From: Paraglomus brasilianum
Lineage: Eukaryota
Length of the DNA: 49,780 nucleotides
NCBI GenBank assembly: GCA_910592345.1
Contig: CAJVPI010000141.1
Location: 1-49,780, forward strand
Direction of reading: 5' to 3'
Positions 1 through 11,958 of this stretch are shown piece by piece. Each line of letters starts with the position of its first letter. The stretch's first letter is position 1. The notes below the pieces were generated by a model. The model ran no database searches and was not told where the DNA came from. It worked only from the letters and a program-made list of their open reading frames with translations. A program made the translations under genes and the position numbers.

Positions 1-499
1 TATTCAAAAAGCAGTTGAGCTATATCAGAAAGCAGCTGAACATGGAGATGCTTTGGCACAATATAATCTTGGTGTTTGCTATAACAATGGGATAGGAGTG
101 GAAAGGAATATTCAAAAAGCAGTTGAGCTGTATCAGAAAGCAGCTGAACAAGGACATTCCAAAGCACAATATAATCTTGGTGTTTGTTATGGCAATGGGA
201 TAGGAGTGGAAAAGAATATTCAAAAAGCAGTTGAGCTATATCAGAAAGCAGCTGAACATGGAGATGCTTTGGCACAATATAATCTTGGTGTTTATTATGA
301 CAATGGGACAGGAGTGGAAAAGAATATTCCAAAAGCAGTTGAGCTGTATCAGAAAGCAGCTGAACAAGGACATGCCTTGGCACAAAATAACCTTGGTGTT
401 TATTATGAGAATGGGACAGGAGTGGAAAAGAATATTCAAAAAGCAATTGAGCTGTATCAGAAAGCAGCTGAACAAGGACATGCCTTGGCACAATGTAAC
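1..499 (+). repeat. 108-bp coding tandem repeat (Sel1 units)
   Basis: Units begin gcacaa at 56, 164, 272, 380 and 488 and differ by only a few substitutions. Confidence 0.97.
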
Positions 500-523
500 C
501 TTAACTTACTCAGAAATAAATAA
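2..523 (+). CDS. 3' end of a Sel1-like repeat protein (5' part outside the window), probably a TKL kinase-Sel1 paralogue of 3705-5354
   Basis: Open frame from base 2 to TAA at 521-523 with repeated AQYNLGVCYxNGxGVEKNIQKAVELYQKAAEQG (Sel1 consensus). Its C-terminus and about 88 bp of 3' flank are nearly identical to 5319-5441. Confidence 0.9.
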   Translation: MQKAVELYQKAAEHGDALAQYNLGVCYNNGIGVERNIQKAVELYQKAAEQGHSKAQYNLGVCYGNGIGVEKNIQKAVELYQKAAEHGDALAQYNLGVYYDNGTGVEKNIPKAVELYQKAAEQGHALAQNNLGVYYENGTGVEKNIQKAIELYQKAAEQGHALAQCNLNLLRNK

Positions 524-611
524 TTTTGTTGACTGATTAGAATTATTAAACTGTTTGAGAACAACATATTCTGGTATATGCTTTTTTTATTTATTTTTAT
601 ATTTGGTAGTG

Positions 612-1245
612 CAGTCAACTCTGTCTATACTGGCATGAGTGTTTTGGCAGTTTCTGGCTGTTATAATGAGAGACCGGTATATAAAACTGTTACACAAGTA
701 GGAAATTGTGTAAATAATTGTGCATTATATCTTGAGTTTGTTTCAAATGTCGATTCTTGCGAAGTTGTGCAGCATGATCGTCCTCATTTATTGCAAGCCA
801 CTTTCCGCTTTCACGGATAACATCACCAATGGTGCTAATACTAATAAGTATCGCAACCAAACATTCAGCGATCTCTGCATTAGCAAAAGAAGAATTTTTA
901 GTTTAATTTGACAAATTTCTTTTTTCTGCAATCCTGTTAATGAAGTTCTAATGCGTTTAGGTGTCTCTATGTCTGTATTAAAATTTTTGGTAATTTATGT
1001 GGGAGCTGATGCTGAAATCCGGCTGAAGCTGAAACTAACCAATGGGGTTAGAGAATAAAATCTGATCAACCAATGAAAGGTCATGGTATCATCAGCCGTG
1101 ACAATAATCACTTGACTTTGCCGGTATAAAGTAAACCTTTTTATATAATTTAAAGTAAACTGGTATACATGATCTTGTGTAACTTGTGCCAGCTGGTATA
1201 AGGCAAAACCGGTATAGACAATGCCGGTATAGACAGAGTTGACTG
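612..1245. mobile_element. Non-autonomous pogo/Tigger-type TIR element, 634 bp
   Basis: 25-bp TIR cagtcaactctgtctatac(t/c)ggcat at 612-636 and 1221-1245 (1 mismatch). TA on the right; TG on the left where the paralogous site (5440-5441) has TA. Subterminal c(c/t)ggtata motifs. Confidence 0.9.
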
Positions 1246-3327
1246 TACTTGATATAACGGATATCACGTGTTTGTAATAATCAACCAATCCAATTGTTGA
1301 ATTTGGAGGGTGGCGTAGAATGTGTCAACCAACGAAATTAGTCTATTATTAATATGGTTAGTTAACTCATTGAGTAATAATGTCTTCCGCACCTCTATTG
1401 TTGTATACTCATAAAATCGAAAAATCTATAAAATAACTGTCAATAAGAACGCCTGTTTAAACGTACCGGAAATCAAACCATGACATCTAAAAATAATAAA
1501 ATATCTAACTCTAACTCGCCAAAAAGAATTACTTTATCAGGTTTACAGAAAAAGGAATTGTGTAAATTGAAGCATGATAACCCAGGCTCGACTTAGCGAA
1601 AAAATATAGAATAAGTGAGCAATCAGTATCAGATATACTCAAGCGTTCTGATTTCTGGTTGAATCTTGATGACGATGCTGCCTTGGCTCGAGCTAAGCGT
1701 CAGAGAAAGTTAATTATCCTAACATTGAAGAAGCGATGTCTATGTGGGTCGAACGCGCAATTTGGAATAGGGTTACCATTACTGATCACATCCTTCAAGT
1801 AAAAGCGAAAGAGTTTGCTGATAGATTTGGAACTGCTGGATTTAATGCATCTGCAGGTTGGATTACTAACTTTAAAAAGAGAAACTCTCTTTCTTCATAC
1901 CAATGCAGAGGAGAAATTGGCAGCGCACCTTTACAAGATATTCCACGTTACCGAGATGAACTTCAAACTCTTCTTCAGAATTATGAACTCAAAAATATTT
2001 TCAATTGTGATGAGTTAGCTCTCTACTGGCGACTTGAACCAAGCAAGACACTTGCGTATGCTCCTGTTTGGGGGGAAAAACCCCCCGAAAGATCGAATTA
2101 CTCTTATGATTACTTGTAATGCTGCCGGCGATGAAAAATTGTCTCTTGTCTTTATTCATAAATATGAAACACCGCGTGCACTTCGTGGTATCGAAAAATC
2201 CACGCTTCCTGTCTGGTATTATTGGAATAAAAAAGGGTGGATGCAGAGAAGTATCTTTAATCATTTTTTGCAACGATTTAATGAACATATGAGGCATGCC
2301 AGACGAAACATTATTCTTCTCCTTGACAACGCGTCATCGCATAGTACAGAAACCATTCAAAGTCTTTCTAACATTCATGTACACTTTTACCGCCCAACAC
2401 AACGTCTTGCCTTCAACCCATCGATTAAGGAATCGGTTACAGCCTCAAAGTAATTTTCCGTGTGGAATTTACTGTATAAACTGCGTTAAATTTAATATAA
2501 ATATTTATCGTACTGTATTTTTCTTTAGGCACAATATCGGCGTATTTTATGTCAAAACCGCATTAATGCTTACGATGCTATTACTGAAGAACCGTCCGAC
2601 ATTACTATATATGATTCGATTAACTTTGCAGCGCATGCATGGGAAAACGTTACGGCAAATACAATTATTCGTAGTTGGAACAGGGCTGATATTCACTGTC
2701 AACAGGAAACAATCTTGATTCTACATCCGAGGAAAGAGAATTAGAAATGGAGATTGTCAATCTCATTGAACAATTACCAATCAATGATCCTTTGGAGGTA
2801 CGAGAATTCGTGAATATAGATGATGAGATGAGTGTTGGAGAAAGTGCAAGTATAGATGATATTGTAGAAATAATTAACGAACAGGAGGGAGGTGAATCAG
2901 AAGAAGAAGATAGGGAAACGGAAGTTAAAACGAATGATGCGATTGTAGGAGTCGATAATGTGGTAAAATATATACAACAAAACAATCTAAGAGTTAGTGC
3001 GTCCTTAATGAAGGACTTACATAGTCTTAAAAGGCTTATTATGTACAAAAGTATTGAAAAGAAGAAGCAAGCGACACTAGAAAAATTTGTTGAGTCTTCG
3101 ATTCAAACAGATAAAGAATAAAATTTGCTTGTGGATTAATAGGCGTTAGCTAAACAAATATTAATTGAAAATTACCCAATAAGATTGCAGATTACTTGAT
3201 ATAACGGAGTACTACGTAGCTTATTATGATATCCGTTATATCGTGAAAAACTCGATTTAGCGGATCTTTCGATATAACGGAGAAAAGGGTCGGAACCGTA
3301 GTCTCCGTTATATCGAGTTTCACTGTG
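1246..3327 (+). mobile_element. Tigger/pogo-family DNA transposon with its left TIR missing
   Basis: Right end tccgttatatcgagtttcactgtg|ta (3304-3327). Subterminal gatataacgga motifs at 1251, 3198 and 3271. Contains a transposase pseudogene. Confidence 0.9.
1480..3121 (+). pseudogene. pogo/Tigger transposase (CENP-B HTH, HTH_Tnp_Tc5, DDE_1; DD32D), frameshifted, one intron
   Basis: Motifs LSGLQKKELC, FNASAGWITNFKKR, IFNCDE, LLLDNASSH and PNTTSCLQPID*G lie in several frames with stops. GT-AG intron at 2450-2528. Confidence 0.92.
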
Positions 3328-3704
3328 TATATATCATCATTATAAAGCTATAGCTTTGTGAAATGGTAGTCTTTAAATTGTGGTATAAAAATATATTATA
3401 TGTGGAGTACATATACTCTTGATTCTACAATTTTATAACAATATATATAATTTACTGTTGATTTTTTTCAAAAAGCACAATTAATTAGCTTCAAAACCAT
3501 ACAAAAACTATTGTCGTTCACATAGTACGCATTGGCAAGAGAGATTTTTGGAAAAAGAAAAAAGACTTCATATGTTTTACTAGTAAAAAACCATGAAATC
3601 CGGTAATTTATAGGGCAATGTACTGGGCTGTGCATGTGTTACCAATGTATGTGACACCGTCGATAATTACTAGCGGCAGAAGTTCAAGTCAACAGTGCAG
3701 AACA

Positions 3705-5354
3705 ATGATGACATCAATTACCTCTGACAAGCAATGGTTAGAAAACAGTCTTGAACATGGCTACATTCGATTCTATCCTTATAATGAGTTAATCGATAGC
3801 CACTGCATAGCCCATGGTGCATTTGGTGTAGTTTTCAAAGCAACAGTAGCAACATCGGACATCACTGTTGCTTACAAGTTGATCATACATTCGGACGAAG
3901 GCGAGTTCTTCAAAAGCTTTGTAAATGAGGTTTGTATCATGCATGCTGCTAGGTCTATGAAACTGTTGTTCTTATTATTATATGTTATATGACCCATATT
4001 TAGCTCAAGATCCATCGCAGAGTAGATGACCATCCCAACATAATTCGATTTCTTGGCATTAGCAAGGGTAACGATGAAAAGATTTAATGTGTTAGGAAAT
4101 AGGCATGAGTATAATACTTTTTCGACCTTTCAATAGATACCGATGAAAGATACTTGATGGTCTTCGATTATGCCGACAATGGTTCATTGCGGAAATACTT
4201 ATCGACGCCAGCCATCAAACTAGATTGGCCTGCCAACTGTCAACTGGGTTTGGATATTGTTAACGGACTAAGATATATTCATAAAGCAGGAATCTTGCAT
4301 AAAGATTTAGTAAGTGCATTACTCATTAATACTTTGATTTTTATTTAATTTGGATTGTAATTGATATATTGTTTTCTTATGTTATCACAAGTCTTCGAAC
4401 AATGTATTAATTTATGGGAAAACGGCTAAGATCACGGATTTTGGGACATCTGAAAAAGTATTACTGCAGAAGACTCACTCAAATCACCAAGGAACTCAAG
4501 CATACCTTGACCCTAGATGCTTTAATGACAATGATAATAAACGAGATGAAAAATCTGATATTTTCAGCCTTGGGATTATTCTATGGGAAATATCCAGCAG
4601 AGTATTTCCATGCAGTGAATTGGACAGTATATCAGACATTCAGCTATATAGGCTGAGTGGTGGTCGCCATGATGTAGTTCCAGGCACACCAGAGGAGTAT
4701 ATACAGAATGCTGGGACAATGAGTCAGAAAAACGACCAACCAGTGAGGAATGCTACTGTAGATTAAAAAAGATAATGGCAGAACTGAACATTACCAAAAT
4801 GTGATTCTAACCAAAATAACAAGATTAAAGATCACTCTCTTTCTAATGAGTTGTCAGTATTATACAACAAGTTACTATTTGAGGGGAAATCTATGGAACA
4901 AACAGCTGATTACATCAACAATTGGCTGATACAAAATGATAATAAACAAGAAAGTTCATTGGCTACATTAAAGACTCATACCAATTGTGGACAGTGCTTT
5001 TGGCTGATTGGATTCTTCTATGCACATGGAATAGAAACAGAAGCAGATCTTGGACAAGCTGTTCAATGGTATCAACAATCAGCAAAGGCAGGCAATGCTA
5101 CAGCACAATATAATCTTGGTGTTTGCTATAACAATGGGACAGGAGTGGAAAAGAATGTTCAAAAAGCAGCTGAGCTATATCAGAAAGCAGCTGAACAAGG
5201 ACATGCCAAAGCACAATATAATCTTGGTGTTTGCTATGACAATGGGACAGGAGTGGAAAAGAATATTCAAAAAGCAGTTGAGCTGTATCAGAAAGCAGCT
5301 GAACAAGGAGATGCCTGGGCACAATGTAACCTTGACTTACTCAGAAATAAATAA
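3705..5354 (+). pseudogene. TKL protein kinase with C-terminal Sel1 repeats, carrying two frameshifts
   Basis: Exons 3705-3929, 4004-4067, 4137-4309, 4392-5354. Motifs HGAFGVV, VAYK, HPNIIRFLG, HKDL, TDFG, AYLDP, SDIFSLGIILWE. The TECW..KRPT motif is out of frame from about 4700 and a second shift occurs near 4790. Sel1 units at 5103, 5211, 5319. Confidence 0.88.
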
Positions 5355-8300
5355 TTTTGTTGACTGATTAGAATTATTAGACTGTTTGAGAACAACATAT
5401 TCTGGTATATGCTTTTTTATTTATTTTTATATTTGGCAGTAGGCTATTTATATTTATGTTCTATAACCACCAGATCTGATATAGTTAATTTCATTAATTT
5501 ACTTTGATATAAACTTCTGTGCATAATCACAGACCTCTTTACAAGTATTCTTTTTTGTTGCTGAACTGAGTATCAAAAATTCTAATTGTATGATCTGCAA
5601 CAAAAATGCGTCTAAATGTATACAATCTCCAAAATAGTTTAAAGTAGTTAAAGTGATTGGTGAAATGTAGAGTGTAGTTGCGTTTATATTTAGTGAAGCT
5701 TACCACAGGCATGTAGTTTAGTTTGTTCTTTTACCTATAGATTTTCATATTAATATGCTGCGGATTACAATTGACATTGTGAAAGATTCCTAATACGGTA
5801 TAAGTGTTATCAGTTATTAATAGCATGCATCATTACTCATTGTACACATTAGTCTCTCATGTTTCGAAAAAAAATTAGACATAGTAATAGCTTATGGTAT
5901 GCCTTTAAAGACGACAATGTCTCCCAGCGAATACGTGTTGAAGATCTTCCCGATGACGAACCCAGTGTTTATGACATTCAAAACAAATCGTGCTGCGAGC
6001 TCTTAAAGTAAAAGCCCCCGAAGACGACTTAAACAGTGCTTTATTCCATAAAATTTCGTCCAATTAAAAAACCTCTTTTAAGATATCAAATAATAGCCAG
6101 CATTCATACAGGCTTTGTGACTCGGGCGTTGGGGACATAGAGTGGGTAGAGTAGCATATTTAGTATGTGTTGTAATATAGTTTTACTGGGAACCCATTAC
6201 AGTATATAACTAGAGAGTTTTTTTGTTCATAATGCTGTGAAGGTATGCTTTCATTCACAAGAGGTTACGATAGTCAATATCATTGATGGTTGTTGTTCTT
6301 ATTCAATACGTCAAGATTGTAATCCAAGACAGTAACTTTGTAGTGTCAACAGCAAAAACACTATTTTATTTAGTATTAGCAAAATTAATGTCTATTGGTA
6401 AACTTGGAAACCATCGATGCTTCTTTTTTTTCTCATTGGAGAGTTTAAAACTTATACGTTTTATCACGCATTCTTGTCAAAATTCTTTGCTTACTGTATT
6501 ACAATAGGTCACCGTATTTTTTTCCTAACATGAGAAACTTGTCTATCCAATGCTTAATAGACAAAAGTATTGTTACTCACTTAATAGGCTCTGTATTATG
6601 ATTGTACAATTATAGAATTAAACAAACCTGCTATTTGAAGGTAGGATGTCAGGCGAAGCTATTACTGCTATTTCAGGCAAGGCCAAATTTTGATGTGGTA
6701 ATTTTTACATAGATAACGCATAATTTGTCGAACGCGCTTATACGTAGGTATTATGGAGGCCAAAAAAGCAGAAATTAAAGAGCGAGCATAGAAAAAATTT
6801 TATTCCGAAACAGAAAGTCTTTCTTGCATAGCCTTGAAAACATAAATATTTTTATTTTTACTATGGCTTATGAAAATATATTATACTGGCGTACCGGTAA
6901 TATACTTTGAACAATTGAATCAAGTCTAAATTAAATTGATCAAAAAACCTTCAAACTTTTTCAAATACTTTGTGACAGATTATACCGGTCAAACAATAAT
7001 TACAAAAACAAATAGATAGATTTTGCATGCGTGTCATATATTCGTATGCTATACACGATTTAAAATTCAATGAGAACAGCTAACGGAACTAAAAAGGTTA
7101 AGTATACAAGTGTAATTCTCATGTCATAGTAATATTCTCAATTTGAAGACAACATTTGCATTAGGTAGCAAAAGTCCCAGTTTTCTTTTGTTTTTGCTTT
7201 CGTATTAAACCAATGCGGGCGATCATAATACGAGCGATGAATCAGACCAGCTTTTGTTATTCCCAGATTCAACCAAACTGCAAGCAAGGAAAGTCAAAGT
7301 AAACAAAGCTTTGGTAGGGAAACTAGCAGCCGACTTTCAAATAATATAATCTTGATTACTTTTGTCCTCATCATTGTTTGCTAATTATAAGTCTTTTCAT
7401 AAGATCTAGAAAAACATTCACCCACACAAACGAGCAAGATTGGGTAGTATTGAGTTTGTGCATAAGGTAAACAAATCAAAAGTTATATATATTGTAGCAA
7501 GCCGAGAAAGAGAGAATACTGTACACTCCCCTGCCACAAGTCTCGATCAGATAGTAAAACATATTCGTTACTACTATGCAAGTACAATGATTTCGATATC
7601 GGTTTGAAGCCAATTGATTATACTTTTTGAAATACATTATCGATGATAACGCTACAGTTCGATGAAGTGTGTAGATAGATAGTTACACATATATACTGTA
7701 TAATCATATATTTCCTATACTACGACTTTATTAAACTACAGTTTATAGAAACACTGTACTTCAAGATATTGTCATTATTTCGACAAGTATAATCAAAATC
7801 ATTGTTACTCTGCATAGTAAATACGCCCACATGTTTTATTTTTGATCGACAGGGTTCGCTTTTTTTAATATGCTATTCCAAATGAGGACCCAAAAACAGC
7901 CGGATGTCCCTTGCGATCTTACCACAGCTTGTTCATGTATTTCCACATTGGACGTCTTTGTCGCATTCTAAATGCATAGTTTCTTCGCATAATAGTAGTG
8001 GTGTGGGTACACAAATTTTTGGTGGCGATAAATGTTGCAATTACGTACTATTATTCATCTCCGATGAGTTCCGAGCGTGTCGTCGTTCACTGATACTAAT
8101 CACATTGTGTAATAAGCAATACCTGACTGAGCAGCTCGACTTTCCGATTTCTGCTTGGGTGTTCATACTTATAACTCCGCTATCTCTCCATGGTTTTATG
8201 TTGAACTAGTTACAAGAGATCAATCGTCCACTTCTATTCAACGTAATTTTCTGATAATTATTGTCCGCTGTTGCTAAACATGAATTTTGCCTGTTCACCT

Positions 8301-8895
8301 GACCGAATTACGATGTATCATCGGTATTAGTATTATTAGATGGTAATGATACTTTACTAACTTTACTATTACTTCGTTACAAAATTTGAGGGGTCAACCC
8401 TCAAACGTGTATGTTTAATATACTAAATGTGTCAGTTCATTATTTCATATCACGCATTTATGATCATTTATATAACACGGCCTTTTTTGTCTTAGACTCA
8501 GTATGACTTGAAACGCTTACCTCGATAAGGCAACAGCATGGTAATTACACTAATTCCCATATGGGGTAATCAATCTGCAGAATACTTCCACAACAGATAA
8601 CAAATGCCCTCTATTGCCCCCCTTCGGCCATTCCATAAATACTCTAATGCATCCATTATATATTCCTCCTTAGGCTCACCGTACAGTTTCTGAATCTCCT
8701 CCTCACTCATTCTATCCTCCCTTAGCTTCGAAAAGTAAAGCAGCCTGGCGCTGGCTCGCCCTACCGACCCATTATTTATATTCAGTTCATAAAGCAATAC
8801 ATCCTCAAGACTTAGTGCTCATCTCGTAAAATATTATAAAAGTCTAGCTACTTTCATACAACAGAAACTGTCATCGACCTGTCCTCTCCTTTAAT

Positions 8896-9896
8896 ATGGC
8901 TAAGAAACAACGCAAATACAATGAAATAACTCCAAGGCTCAAGGCGTCGTTTGCAGGATTGGAGTTCCTTTACTTGCTCACTGGTGCGGTGCTGATCGTA
9001 TTTGGTATCCGCTGGTTAATAACAGCCGACGATAGTATTCGAAGCTTCGTTGTCACAGAAAGTCTTCTTCTCGGTAAGTTGGTAGATCAATAATGTAAAG
9101 AATGGGGGAATAATTGGTCAAAAAAAAAAAAGTTCGCATTCATTGAAAGTTTACAAAATGGTTTCGTATAAGAAGTTTCATGTATCAGTTAATGACGTGT
9201 ATACACTTCGACTCCTTCAAACGAATACTAACACTTTTAACACAATAGGTGGTATAATTGTCGGTGGATTTGTTGTATTATCATTCCTTCTCACTATCCC
9301 GCCATTCTTGAGTCCGTTGCGGCGAAAGAAATGGCTTTATGTACACGCTGTTATGATAGTGCTTACTATAATAGCGATACTGACCCTTGGTGCTCGCATC
9401 TGGTTTACAACTCTCCAAGAACGCAAGATGCTTGGTAACAAATGGGCCGCTTTGAATGATGAGGGAAGAGCTGAGTTTGAAGACAAGGTAACCATCATTA
9501 TATACGACAAAGAGACAATTTTTAACATCATCATCGGTTATCTTGTAATTAGCATCTTCTTCCCTCCACCTTCTGTATACTCATTCATTCATACTTTTAT
9601 CTCTTCTCATTAACTAGCTACAATGCTGTGGGTGGTTAAATGTAACACAGAACACAGCCCCGTCAAACTTTTGCACAGAAGATGTGCTAAAAGACCCAAA
9701 CACAGCCCCATGTGTCAACAGTCTTACCTCGGCTTCTGATCATATACTTCGGGAACTATTCACAAGTCTTTTTGGATTCATCGGGGCCGGTATATTTGCT
9801 TTCTTTGCAACCGTCATCTTCATTCAAGCCATCAACGTCGAGCAACGATACGAAAAAATCGACGAGAAGAATGGTGCTAGCAGGCACTATGTATAA
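8896..9896 (+). CDS. Tetraspanin (Pls1-like), 3 exons
   Basis: Exons 8896-9073, 9249-9487, 9618-9896 splice in frame with GT-AG introns. Four hydrophobic segments; the large loop has LQCCGW plus two further Cys. Confidence 0.88.
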
Positions 9897-11401
9897 TGCA
9901 GATGTACTTGGCACGAACTATTCGCAATCTACAAGTTATTTGCATATATATGCTTATACATATTGAGACCGAGCAGTAGGAATACGCGATCGTGTGTTTT
10001 GGAAAGAGGAGGGTATTGAAGTGAGAGTGCGATTAACAGTAAGAATGTTCCTTTACTGCATAAAATCCTGTCATTGTAAAATTTTGTATAAACAGGTTTT
10101 TGGCCAATTATTTAATAAATTTAGTATTTGATTGGATTTTTTCGACCCTGCAAGCTGGCTTGGCATCGCTTCTCGGTTTCAAGGGAATTACCCTCACCAA
10201 AAATCTCCTAATTGAAAGTGCGCTATTACCGAATAAGGCAATACATAATTAAACACCAATCAAATACACACCGACTTGAGATATTAATGTTAATATGGCC
10301 AATTAAGTTTTAATACTGTTACAAAGTTACTTTATTTGAACGATTACAGGACAGCACTTGTAACAATGAGAAAGTCAGAACTTTGTTTTTTTTTTCTTGC
10401 ACACAGACAATAACGCACAAGAAATTACCGCGTTCTCTTAGACAGGCAATTTGAACGTTGTAATCAATCATTTACCATAACAAGTAAGCTGTTGCTATAC
10501 ATATGTTGAACCAAAAAAAAACAAAACAATAATGGACAAAATCATGACTGCTAATTCGTGCGATAATGCATTATCTTTAATTTGAAAGACAAGGGAATTA
10601 TTCCGTCCATTTATCCTAATTCTTGTTATTATTATCATTAATCCCGTACTTATATACTGCACCAACATGTTTCATCGTAACCCTCAACTTTGCACATTCT
10701 CCATCATCGCTCATCTCGTTCGTCTAAACAAACAAACTTTAATCATCATGGAGCAGGAAAAAAAAAGCCATACTAGTCCTATTTTGACCACTATGTTACA
10801 CATCAATTTACATGCTGTCAGGCGATATGTATGAATGTGACACCAGTTGCGATGGTCTGAAACCTCATCCGTCTAAGGGGAGCATAAAATTCACAAGTGT
10901 CATCAAACAATCCAAACAATTGATACGACTCCATTACAGAATTAATATCAGCTCAGTCATACTAATGAAATAGCTATGAATTTACGTCACCGGTTGAGTC
11001 ACGCAAAATCCCCATACGGCAATGTGATCATAGCGCCACAGAAACGTATTATTGGTAAACGCCACGGATATTTTTTTCTAGTGTTACGCGAATCACAATA
11101 AGTGTATTATTCATATAACGACAAGCCAAAACAATGCAACAATCATTTAGAGACATTACAAATCAATTTCATATGAGCGAAATATCCGATATCACTATCG
11201 ACAGTAACGACAGCACGACAATATAGATTCTCTCGTATGGGATATAATAATTCCCGACGATCACTACCGATGTCTATATCGAATTCCCGAGTGATTACCC
11301 GACTACAAGTATTGGTGAGAGTAGAAATAGTTGTATTATCCCTTCGAACTGTTTTCGGTTCGAATTTGGACCGAATTTTGATTTACTGACATATTACGTT
11401 A

Positions 11402-11958
11402 GACCACTGTCTATAGTCGCAGCCCGAAGCAATGGCATGTGATTTATCACATGTCATTCATTTACTTTTATTCAATTTTCAAAAGAAGAATAAAACATTT
11501 ATTAAAGATAACTATAATAATAATAATCAGAATAATGTTATTTGAAAAAGTTACTAAATTTGATTGTTTTTCTCGTTCTGAACCTTTAGAACCGTCCAAC
11601 CATCCATCCGATGCTTTGAAACTGTCCTCAGAAATTGCCGAGTGCTTTTATTTGCCTTAATAATATTGTTGGCAACAATTCACCAGTTAATGACTCAAAG
11701 CATTATTAGTGCAAATGATTTTTTTAATTGTTGAACGGTCAACATCGAGGTTAAGCGTTTTCATCAATTTTTCCGCCGAACAGTTGGGACGGCCCCGTTG
11801 TACAAACACAATACCTTTTTGTCTCCAGAGAGATCGTTGTGCACTTTTAGCATTAGTTTTTTTGTAAAATTGTAAGAGAAATTAATAATTTTATTAAACT
11901 TTAGAAGCGCGTTTACAAATTAAATAAAGCATATCAGATGTGACTATAGACAGCGGTC
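11402..11958 (-). mobile_element. Degraded, internally deleted pogo/Tigger derivative
   Basis: 20-bp inverted repeat gacc(a/g)ctgtctatagtc(g/a)ca at both ends. Minus-strand remnants LSGDKKVLCLY, VDRSTIKKII and FKASDGWLDG resemble pogo HTH motifs. Confidence 0.7.

Noticed and set aside
1..523. 108-bp array as a CRISPR array
   Set aside because: No unique spacers; it is an in-frame Sel1 coding repeat in a eukaryotic context.
20..536. Alternative-frame and antisense ORFs over the Sel1 array (also 5050-5367 and 5098-5322)
   Set aside because: Shadows of the repeat periodicity.
1480..3121. RIP-like mutation suggested by CAA/CAG to stop changes
   Set aside because: Only a few events and CpA remains abundant; not separable from ordinary decay without a consensus.
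5915..6011. Short peptide-like stretch RVEDLPDDEPSVYDIQNKSCCELLK*
   Set aside because: No recognisable family or supporting exons.
6300..7420. Very faint pogo-like peptide traces on the minus strand
   Set aside because: Too degraded, no TIR pair, and domain order inconsistent with one element.
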